This document shows positions 44,279 through 53,348 of a stretch of 64,000 nucleotides of DNA, one piece after another (position 1 is the first letter of the stretch; every line of letters begins with the position of its first letter). The stretch lies in the NCBI GenBank assembly GCA_963771175.1, contig CAVYSY010000051.1, positions 1-64,000 of the forward strand, written 5' to 3'. A program made the translations under genes and the position numbers. This DNA comes from an uncultured delta proteobacterium (lineage in GTDB: Bacteria; Myxococcota; Myxococcia; Myxococcales; Myxococcaceae). A model generated the notes under the pieces. It was given only the letters and a program-made list of their open reading frames with translations. It did not search any database and was not told the origin of the DNA.

Positions 44279-44396
44279 CGGGGGGAATCCGGGGGGCTTG
44301 AAGAATTTGACCGCTAGACGACGGCGCAAGGTACGGGATCATCCGCAGGTGGGCAAGCAACCCCACTACGTCAGGGTCTTCCGATAGGGAGCAGGC

Positions 44397-45071
44397 ATGC
44401 GAACGAGCAGCCATTCTTCAGTGACGGATATCGAGATCATCGAGGATTTCTCGGCGAGTGCGCGCTGCGACGAGGGCTTCCTGCGGGTGCGGCGGCTGCG
44501 GTGCCAGAACCGGCGGGCGGACGGCACGGCGTCCAAGGTGTACCGGGTGGACGTGGTGGATCGGCCGCGGCTGGATGCGGTGGCGGTGCTGGTGTATCGC
44601 CGCGGTGCGTCGGGGCTGGAGGTGCTGACGCGGATGAACCTGCGGCCGGCGGCCTACTTCCGGCGGGGCAAGGAGATGACGGTTCCGGACCCGGCGACGT
44701 ACCTGCGGGTGGAGGAGATCGTCGCGGGGCTGCTGGAGCCGGAGGACAAGGGCGAGGCGGGCCTGCGTCACCGCGCGGCCGAGGAGGTTCACGAGGAGGC
44801 TGGGTACGAGGTGAAGCCGGAGGAGATCCAGTTGTTGGGGGCGGGCTTCTTCCTGGCGCCGGGCATCCTGTCGGAGAAGGTGTTCCCGGCGGCGGTGGAC
44901 GTGACGGGCAAGGAGCCCGGGGTGCCCAAGGGGGACGGCTCCCCGCTGGAGGAGGGCACGCACCTGCAGTGGAGGCCCATTCGCGAGCTGCTGGCGATGT
45001 GCCGGAGCGGGCAGGTGCCGGACGCGAAGACGGAGATCGCCATCCTGCGGCTGCTTGCCGAGCTGGCGTGA
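44397..45071 (+). CDS. NUDIX hydrolase (ADP-ribose pyrophosphatase-like)
   Basis: AGLLE...AAEEVHEEAGY Nudix box; PGILSE; DAKT. Confidence 0.85.
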   Translation: MRTSSHSSVTDIEIIEDFSASARCDEGFLRVRRLRCQNRRADGTASKVYRVDVVDRPRLDAVAVLVYRRGASGLEVLTRMNLRPAAYFRRGKEMTVPDPATYLRVEEIVAGLLEPEDKGEAGLRHRAAEEVHEEAGYEVKPEEIQLLGAGFFLAPGILSEKVFPAAVDVTGKEPGVPKGDGSPLEEGTHLQWRPIRELLAMCRSGQVPDAKTEIAILRLLAELA

Positions 45072-45152
45072 CGGGCTGGGGCCGAGGGTGGCCGGGGAGG
45101 GCGGGACCGGGTAGGGTGCGCTCGGTTCGACTCTCCCCTCCGAGGTTGCCTG

Positions 45153-46610
45153 ATGTCGTCGTTGCCCCCGTGGCTTCAGCAGCTGCTGCCGATCCTCATC
45201 CTGCTCGCGGCGATCGCGCTGGTGATCGCGCGGTTGCCCAAGGTGGAACTCGGGCATTCCGAGGCCTTCAAGCGCCGACGCCTCCTCAACTGGATCCCGC
45301 TGGGCATGACGTACGCGTTCCTCTACATGGGGCGCTACAACGTCAACGTCGCCACCAGCGCGCTGGGCACCCGCACCTCGAACGCGGACTTCGGCACCAT
45401 CTTCTTCTGGGGCACGCTGACGTACGGCTTCGCCTTCCTCCTCAATGGCCCGCTGACGGACAGGCTGGGAGGGCGCAAGACGATCCTGTTGTCCGCGGCC
45501 GGCTCGTCGGTGTGCAACGTGCTGATGGGCGCGGTGGTGTACGGCGTGCTCGAGGGCGGGTGGCAGCCGCCGGGCGGCCTGGTGGCCACGCTGTCCTTCC
45601 TCTACGCGCTGAACATGTACTTCCAGAGCTTCGGCGCGGTCTCCATCGTCAAGGTGAACGCGGCCTGGTTCCACGTGAGGGAGCGAGGGCTGCTGGGCGG
45701 GGTGTTCGGCATCCTCATCTCGCTGGGCGTGTACTTCGCCTATGACTGGAGCCGCCTCATCTCCAAGGCGGCGCCCACGTGGTGGGTCTTCTTCGTGCCG
45801 GCGGCGATCCTCGCGGCCTTCGTGGTGCTGGACTTCTTCGTCATCCGGGACACGCCGAGCCACACGGGTCACCCGGACTTCGACACCGCCGATGCCTCCT
45901 CCGGGGACACCGGGCCGCACCTCGGGCCCAAGGACGTGTTCTCGAAGATGATCCGCAACCCGATCATCCTCACCATCCTGGCCATCGAGTTCTGCAGCGG
46001 CTACCAGCGCAACGCCATCATGCAGTGGTACCCCAAGTTCGCGAAGGCCACGGGCCTGGGCGAGTCTTTCGTGGCGGCCAACTGGGGCATGCTGCTGTGC
46101 GTGGCGGGTATCACCGGAGGCATGTTCGCCGGTGTCATCTCGGATCGGGTGTTCGACTCGCGGCGCGGGCCCGTCTCCGCGGTGCTCTACGCGGGCATGT
46201 CCCTGGGCGCGGTGGCCTCGCTCTTCCTGCTCCACAACTGGATGCTGGGCTGGACGGTCATCTTCATGTCCCTGTGCGTCATCGGCGTGCACGGGATGCT
46301 GTCGGGCACCGCCAGCATGGACTTCGGCGGCAAGAAGAACGCGGGCCTGGCGGTGGGCATCATCGACGGCGCCGTCTACGCGGGCACCGCCTTCCAGTCG
46401 CTGCTGCTCGGCAAGCTCCTCCCCTCGGGCGAGGCAGCGAAGGACACGGCCAACTGGAGCAACTGGCCCATCGCCCTGGTGCCGCTGTCCTTCGTCGGCC
46501 TGCTGCTGGCCACCCGGGTGTGGAACGCGAAGCCGCAGCCCAAGGCGGCACCGCAGCCCTCCGCCGTCCCCGCTCCGGCGCCGGCCGCCCGCACCGGCAC
46601 CGAGGGCTGA
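45153..46610 (+). CDS. MFS transporter, GlpT/UhpT (organophosphate) type
   Basis: YAFLYMGRYN, NGPLTDRLGGRK, FQSFG, WFHVRERG, IRDTP, GIIDGAVYAG. Confidence 0.85.
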   Translation: MSSLPPWLQQLLPILILLAAIALVIARLPKVELGHSEAFKRRRLLNWIPLGMTYAFLYMGRYNVNVATSALGTRTSNADFGTIFFWGTLTYGFAFLLNGPLTDRLGGRKTILLSAAGSSVCNVLMGAVVYGVLEGGWQPPGGLVATLSFLYALNMYFQSFGAVSIVKVNAAWFHVRERGLLGGVFGILISLGVYFAYDWSRLISKAAPTWWVFFVPAAILAAFVVLDFFVIRDTPSHTGHPDFDTADASSGDTGPHLGPKDVFSKMIRNPIILTILAIEFCSGYQRNAIMQWYPKFAKATGLGESFVAANWGMLLCVAGITGGMFAGVISDRVFDSRRGPVSAVLYAGMSLGAVASLFLLHNWMLGWTVIFMSLCVIGVHGMLSGTASMDFGGKKNAGLAVGIIDGAVYAGTAFQSLLLGKLLPSGEAAKDTANWSNWPIALVPLSFVGLLLATRVWNAKPQPKAAPQPSAVPAPAPAARTGTEG

Positions 46611-46653
46611 GCGCGCGTCCTCCCGTGGCATGCGAAACGACCCGGGAGCGCCC

Positions 46654-46748
46654 TCACTTCTGGACGTCCAGAAGTGATGTGGTTCCTGCGCCTATATGTC
46701 ACTCGTAGTCGACTACGAGTGGACTCCACTTCCAGACGTCTGGAAGTG
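46654..46748. repeat. Cluster of three perfect palindromes (24, 22 and 22 bp)
   Basis: TCACTTCTGGACGTCCAGAAGTGA (46654-46677), CACTCGTAGTCGACTACGAGTG (46700-46721), CACTTCCAGACGTCTGGAAGTG (46727-46748); each is its own reverse complement. Confidence 0.95.
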
Positions 46749-46763
46749 ACCCGGCTTCTCGAG

Positions 46764-47685
46764 TCAAGGTTCGTCGAGGAAGCGGCGCTCCCAGCGGCGG
46801 ACGCGCTCCGGAACCTCGAGGTGCGCGTGTCGGGACTCCGTGCGGTAGAGCCAGGGCTCCAGCACGCGCGCGAGCTCCCGGTAGGCCGGCAACGTGCGGC
46901 CCTGCTCGGTGTCGCCGGCATCTGGCCACGGACCCAGGGTGACGACGGCCCGCTCCCCCTCCAATTCCTGCACGGTGGTCCCCGGGGAGTGGAGCCGTTC
47001 CCTCAGTCCCGCCGCGCCCCCCAGTTCGCCCAGCACGGGCTGGCCCAGGAAGTTCAGCCAATGCACGCCTTTGACCCTCGTGCCAATGCTATGACGAGAG
47101 GTAACGAGTCGGGAATGTCCATGCCGGGGTAGCGGAAGCACAGATCGCGCGCCCCGTCGCTCATCGACCAAGCAGGAGAGTCTCGCCGTTGAAGGAGAGT
47201 CCGGCATGGCCCGAGCAGAAGGGCAGGGGGGCCGCCAGCTCCAGCGCCAACTCGCGCACTCGCCCCGGCCCGTGCTGCACCAGGTACTCGGTGGGCAGCG
47301 AGAAGGACACGACGGATACCAGTTGCGACCCGTCGCTCTCCCAGGGGAGTGGCTCGAGTGTTCCTGCCGCGGTAATCGAACGCGTAGCGATCTCGTTGGT
47401 CACGCTATCCGCCAGGTGGACGTTGGCACAGCGAGGGTGCCGCAGTTGCTCCATGATGTACGCCCATCCGGCGCTCCCCAAGGTTTTGCCAGTAGCCGTC
47501 CTGCGCGGCATACAGGCTGAGCGCCCCCGGTCCCACCGCACGCAAGTACGCATCCAGTGAGTGCATCACTCCTTGTGCGATCCGCGCGTGAGGATGGCGC
47601 AGGTAGAACGTGACACTCAGTCCATCGCGAGCCAGAAGGGGTCCGCCGTCCGCGTAGATGCGGATTCTCGGAGGGTGTCACTCAT
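46764..47685 (-). CDS. DUF3396-type immunity protein (several frameshifts; possible pseudogene)
   Basis: Reconstructed PRIRIY...GLSVTFYL...LPTEYL...PFCSGHAG...KGVHWLNFLG...LPAYRELARVLEP...WERRFLD. Its ATG overlaps the toxin's TGA. Confidence 0.8.
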
Positions 47686-48465
47686 CGGATGACTCCCCGT
47701 CGCGGTACGACGCGTGCTGGTTCGCTGCTCGAATACCCTCTCGTACACTTTTCCCTGGTTCAACCCAGCGTAGGGGTGGCCTGGGGGGTAGAGATTCCAC
47801 TCGGGGAGCTTATCCCTGTTCACGCAGGGGAACTTGAAATCGTAGACCTCCTGCACCACGAGCGGGTCGCCCGCGTGAATCACCACATCGGGCTGGAGCG
47901 AGCCCAGCAACTCGCTGGCATTTCCGGTCGCTTCCAGGAGCCGCTCCTCCTCGCGGCTGACCAGCTTCCACCGCCCCGTCCGTGAGTCGTAACGGTAGCG
48001 CTGCTCCAGGTTGAATCCTCCCGGGCGCAGCTTGCCCAGCCGCTCCCCGGCGCATTTCAGGGCCTCTTCGTGCATTTCCACGCCCAACTGCATGGCCCAC
48101 GTCATGCCCCTGCGCTTCGCGTTCTTCGCCGGCTCATTGCACTCGTCGGCGTTGGGGAAGAGCTCTTCGAAATCCCCTTCGTGCCGCAACAGGACCTCCG
48201 AGCGGGCCAGGTTCGCGCATTCCGCGAGCGTCTGGTCGAGGGCTGACTTCTCCGCCACGTTCAGCGCCACCTTCACGACGGCGGTGGTGGAGGCGATCTC
48301 CTTCCCATAGAGCGCGACGCAACCAGTGATGCTGTGGCGGCAGGTGGCCGATGGGGAGTCGGCGTAGCGGAGCGAGGACGCATGCCTGGGGGTGATCGCA
48401 CAGGCTGGGAGGAGCACATAGCCGACGAGCATCCACCATGTCCTGAACAGGGGCCGGTACGGCAT
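47682..48465 (-). CDS. Lipoprotein toxin with a PD-(D/E)xK-like nuclease domain (late frameshift)
   Basis: Lipobox LPAC; LGVEMH...EQRY...PDVVIH...VYDFKFPC. Corrected end is PARVVPRRGVIR-stop at 47682. Confidence 0.75.
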
Positions 48466-48560
48466 CGGGGATCGTCCCTCTTCGAGCAGGAGGCTCTTGG
48501 GTGTAGCTCCTTTGTGGTCAAAGGGCGAGGCGTTTCTGTCCTACATGCCCGAGAGGGGGC

Positions 48561-48582
48561 CGCTTCTGGACGTCCAGAAGTG
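48561..48582. repeat. Fourth palindrome copy
   Basis: CGCTTCTGGACGTCCAGAAGTG, one mismatch to 46655-46676. Confidence 0.9.
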
Positions 48583-48673
48583 AAGTGGGCCCTCGACGGT
48601 GGGCGTTCACTGGCCACCAGCCCCGGGCCCCGGGTCACTAGGACGTGACAGACTCGTGACCTAGAGTGCGGGC

Positions 48674-50231
48674 GTGTCCCAGGTTCCCACACCGTTGTTG
48701 CAGAACCGGCTCGACGTCCACGACCGGAAGCAGTTCGAGATCAAGCTCGAGTACCAGCCCTCCGGGGCGGACGACGAGACGCGCTATCTCGTGGAGACGT
48801 ACGTCTTCCTGCCGGCGAGCCTGAACATCGACGCGGAGACGTACCCGCGAGCGGACTTCTACGCGGACATCCACAACTACGTGCGCTTCAAGACGCCGGT
48901 GATGTCGCTGGCGGAGCTGGTGTCCATGGACGGCTCGCCGTTGAGGCGGCTGGAGGCGGGGCTGCGCACGGGGCTCACCAGCGAGTCGGAGCTCGTCTAC
49001 CAGTCCAAGCTGCTGTCCTGCATCTTCCGCGGGGCGCTGCGGCGCTTCGCCCACAGCGTGAACGAGCGGTGCGAGGCCATGGCCCGGTCGGGAGATGCCT
49101 CGTGCGCGCAGCTCGAGGTCGACGTGCGGGCCAAGCGGGACGGAGCGCGGCGGGTGCTGGCGCGCTTCCGGGAGTGGGCGCGCTCGGCCAACCAGTGCCG
49201 GCTGCAGGAGAAGACGCGCGCCTCCATCCGCCTGGTGGACGAGTACATGAGCCTCACGGTGGAGCAGTTCTTCCGCAAGGCCGTGGCGGACATGGACGCG
49301 CTGCCCCGCACGGGCGTCTACATCGAGCTGCGCAAGGAGATGATGGAGGAGGTGCTGCGCGAGGAGCAGTACCGCAAGGACCACCAGCTCCGCTCGGTCA
49401 TCAGCCCCACCGGTGACAACGAGGAGTACATGCACCGGATCGGCTTCCTGAAGAAGTTCTGCATGAACATCCTCTTCCTGTCGGCGCGGCGGGCCGCGAA
49501 GCGCCAGGGCTGGGAGGAGGTGCTGTTCGCGCTCGCGGCGGGCGTGGCCATGGCCTTCGCCACCGCGGTGGCCCTCTGGGCGCAGGTCCGCTTCACGCAG
49601 GCGAGCCTCAACTTCTTCCTCATCATGGTGGTGGGCTACATGATGAAGGACCGCATCAAGGAGGGGATGCGGCGCATCTTCAGCCAGGTGGCGGCGCGGC
49701 ACCTGTACGACCGGACGGCGCACATCGTGGACCCGGTGACGGAGCCGGTGCCTGGGCATCTGCGAGGAGAAGGTGGACTACGGCAGCGCGGTGAAGGTGC
49801 CCGAGGAGGTGGCCGCGTTGCGCTCCCGTGACGACTTCATCACCGTCCTCCAGGGCGAGCTGGCCGAGACGGTCCTCCGCTACCAGAAGCAGGTGGTGCT
49901 GGACGTGGAGCTGCTGCCGCGCTCCGAGCGGGGGCTGAGTGGCATCACCGACATCATCCGGCTCAACGTGGAGCGCTTCCTGCGCGACATGGACGAGCCC
50001 GAGTACGCGCTGGAGTACGTGGACCTGGAGGACTTCTCGGTGGGCCGGGTGCGCGGCGCGAAGAGCTACCAGGTGGACCTGGCCTTCCGCTTCGTCGTCC
50101 AGGAGGCGGGACAGGAGCGGGTGTCGCTGCAGCTCGTCCGGCTGGTGCTGGACCGCAACGGCATCAAGCGGATGCTGCGCCTGTGCCCGGAGCAGCCTCC
50201 CCAGCCCGAGCCCCTCCGCTCGGTCGCCTGA
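48674..50231 (+). CDS. Hypothetical protein with a two-TM hairpin (one frameshift at ~49745)
   Basis: ORFs 48674-49831 and 49773-50231; hydrophobic LFALAAGVAMAFATAV and FFLIMVVGYMMKDRIKE. Confidence 0.75.
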
Positions 50232-50285
50232 GTGGCCTGAATTCCGCGCTGCCCGGGCGCGAGGTGCCATGTATTCTGAAGGACC

Positions 50286-51032
50286 ATGGCCTCCAACCTC
50301 AGAACCCGCGTCCAGGAGGGCTGGCAGCAGACGCTGCGGGCCATCCTGGAGCAGGCACGCTCGCTCGGCTCTCAGGCGGTGCTCGCCTTCGACCTGGACT
50401 CGACCCTCTTCGACAACCGCCCCCGACAGGCGCGCATCCTCCGGGAGTTCGGTCTGGCCCGGGAGGTGGAGAAGCTGGGCGCCTGCGAGCCGCACCACTG
50501 GGAGAGCGGCTTCGACATGAGAGGCGGCCATGCGCAACTGTGGCCTGCTCGGCGGAGGAGGTGGAGACCCACTTCGAGGCGGCCCGGAGCTTCTGGCTGG
50601 AGCGCTTCTTCACCAGCGACTACTGCGAGGACGACGTGGCCATCCAGGGCGCCGCGGCCTTCACCCACGCGGTGGCGGCCACCGGGGCGCATCTGGCCTA
50701 CGTCACGGGTCGCCATGAGGGCATGCGGGCGGGCACCGTGGCGTGCATGCGTCGCAACGGGCTGGCCCTGCCCGGCGAGGGGCGGGTCGCACCTGCTGAT
50801 GAAGCCCACGGAGCGCGAGGACGACGACGCCTTCAAGCGCGCCGCTCATGCCCGGCTGGGGGAACTGGGGCAGGTCATCGCCGCCTTCGACAACGAGCCC
50901 ACCCACGCCAACGACTACCTGCGCCGCTTCCCGGAGGCCAAGGTCGTCCATCTGGCGACCGACCATTCGGGCCGGCCGGTGGTGCTCCTCGACGAAATCG
51001 TCTCCGTGCCGCACTTCTCCTTCGAGCCGTGA
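50286..51032 (+). CDS. HAD-superfamily phosphatase (compensating frameshifts)
   Basis: FDLDSTL, YVTGR (alternative frame), FK, FDNEP. Confidence 0.8.
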   Translation: MASNLRTRVQEGWQQTLRAILEQARSLGSQAVLAFDLDSTLFDNRPRQARILREFGLAREVEKLGACEPHHWESGFDMRGGHAQLWPARRRRWRPTSRRPGASGWSASSPATTARTTWPSRAPRPSPTRWRPPGRIWPTSRVAMRACGRAPWRACVATGWPCPARGGSHLLMKPTEREDDDAFKRAAHARLGELGQVIAAFDNEPTHANDYLRRFPEAKVVHLATDHSGRPVVLLDEIVSVPHFSFEP

Positions 51033-51178
51033 CGCAATGCGCCCAAGGGTGGGCACAGGACGCGCCCGCCTGGTTTGCGCACGAAAGCCCTTGCAGTCCC
51101 ATGTCCGCGCGCTATGCAGGCGCACGGCGTCTGCCGCCTCTTCAACCCGGGGCGGCCTCATTGACGGAGGCATTGGCG

Positions 51179-52305
51179 GTGGCCAGCAAGTACTCGAAAG
51201 ACCTGCTGTTGACGATGTACCGGAAGATGTACCTCATGCGCCGCTTCGAGGAACGGGCGGGCCAGCAGTACGGTCTCGGGAAGATCGCCGGCTTCTGCCA
51301 TCTGTACATCGGCCAGGAGGCCGTGGCGGCCGGCGTCGAGGAGGCCATCCGCCCGGATGACTACATGCTCTCGGGCTACCGCGACCACGCCCAGCCGCTG
51401 GCGCGCGGCTCGGACGCGGGCATGGTGATGGCGGAGCTCTTCGGCCGCACCGGCGGCTACAGCAAGGGCAAGGGCGGCTCGATGCACATCTTCGACATCG
51501 AGCACCACTTCTACGGCGGCTACGGCATCGTCGGCGCGCAGATTCGGCCTGGCCGCGGGCATGGCCTTCGCCAGCCGCTACCGCAACGAGGACCGCATCA
51601 CCGTGTGCTACTTCGGTGACGCCGCGGCCAACCAGGGCATCTTCCACGAGACGCTCAACATGGCGGTGAAGTGGAAGCTGCCGGTGCTCTACATCTGCGA
51701 GAACAACCGCTACGGCATGGGCACGGCCATCGCGCGCACCTCGGCGGTGCCGGAGATCCACAAGCGCGGCGAGGGCTTCGGCATGCGCCACGAGGCCGTG
51801 GACGGCATGGACGTGCCTCAAGATGTACGAGGCGGTGAAGGACGCGGCCGCGTACATCCGCGCGGGCAATGGCCCGGTGCTGATGGAGGCCAACACCTAC
51901 CGCTTCCGCGGCCACTCCATGGCCGACCCCGCCACCTACCGCACCAAGCAGGAGGTGGAGGACGAGCGCAAGAACGACCCGATTCCGCGCCTCAGGGACT
52001 ACGCCCTCAAGCAGGGGCTGGCGAAGGACGAGGAGTTCGAGGCCATCGAGGCCGAGGTGAAGGAGCAGGTGGACGCGGCGGTGAAGTTCGCCGACGAGTC
52101 GCCCGAGCCGGACCTGTCCGAGCTGTGGAAGGACACCATCGTGGAGGAGGGCGAGGAGGACGTGCGCCCCCGCGAGCGCGTGCTGGGCGTGAAGGTGACG
52201 AAGTGGCCGAGGTACCCGTCGGGCCAGGAGCTGAAGGTGACCTGGGACCTCGAGCCGCGCGAGCAGGCCGAGAAGGCGGACAAGGCGGCCGGCCTCAAGC
52301 GCTAG
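51179..52305 (+). CDS. pdhA: Pyruvate dehydrogenase E1 alpha (frameshifted)
   Basis: GFCHLYIGQEA, GKGGSMH, FGDAAANQG, ENNRYGMGT, YRFRGHSMADP. Confidence 0.95.
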
Positions 52306-52353
52306 CCCTCTTCCACTGACGACAACCTACGGATTTCGCATTCGGAGCCAACA

Positions 52354-53341
52354 ATGGCCGAGTTGATGTACCGCGAGGCGCTGAACCAGGCGCTCGCCGA
52401 GGAGATGGAGCGCGACGCCAATGTGTTCCTCATTGGTGAGGAAGTGGGTCGCTACCAGGGCGCCTTCAAGGTGTCGCAGGGACTGCTGGACCGGTTCGGG
52501 AGCGCGCGCATCATCGACGCGCCCATCTCCGAGCTGGGCTTCACCGGTCTGGGTGTCGGCGCGGCGATGGTGGGCCTGCGTCCGGTGGTGGAGATGATGA
52601 CCTGGAACTTCGCCATCCTGGCGATGGACCAGATCGTCAACAACGCGGCGAAGCTGCGGCACATGTCGGGCGGCCAGCTGCGCTGCCCCATCGTGTTCCG
52701 CGGCCCGGGCGGCGCGGGCGGCCGGCTCTCCAGCCAGCACAGCCAGGCGCTGGAGGCCAACTACGCCCACTTCCCGGGCCTGAAGGTGATTGCCCCGGCC
52801 ACGCCCGCGGACGCCAAGGGTCTGCTCAAGTCCGCCATCCGCGATGAGAACCCCGTCATCATGATCGAGGGCGAGCGCCTCTACGCCCTCAAGGGCGAGG
52901 TGCCCGAGGGCGAGCACATCGTCCCCATCGGCAAGGCGGACGTGAAGCGCGAGGGCACGGACGTCAGCATCATCACCTGGTCGCGCATGTACTACTTCTG
53001 CGAGGAGGCCGCGAAGCAGCTGGAGGCCGAGGGCATCTCCGGTGGAGATCCTCGACCTGCGCACGCTGCGCCCGCTGGACGAGGAGGCCATCCTGGCCAC
53101 CGTGCGCAAGACGAACCGCGCGGTCGTCGTGGAGGAGGGCTGGCCCCTGGCCGGCGTGGGCGCGCAGGTGGTGGACATCATCCAGTCCAAGGGCTTCGAC
53201 GACCTGGACGCCCCGGTGGTGCGCGTCACCGGCCTCGACGTGAACATGTCCTATGCGGCGAACCTGGAGAACGCGATCCAACCGGACGCGCCCAAGATCA
53301 TCGCCGCCGTGAAGAAGGTCCTCTACCGCGAGGGAGCCTGA
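52354..53341 (+). CDS. pdhB: Pyruvate dehydrogenase E1 beta (one frameshift)
   Basis: GEEVGRYQGAFKVS, PISELGFTG, SQHSQ, DLRTLRPLD. Confidence 0.95.
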
Positions 53342-53348
53342 GAACCGT

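Noticed and set aside
46654..46748. CRISPR mini-array or simple bidirectional terminator
   Set aside because: The units differ in sequence, spacing is irregular (22 and 5 bp), there are no cas genes, and there are no loops or U-tracts.
48636..48668. Fifth CACT...AGTG palindrome
   Set aside because: 33 bp and only partly self-complementary; may be chance.
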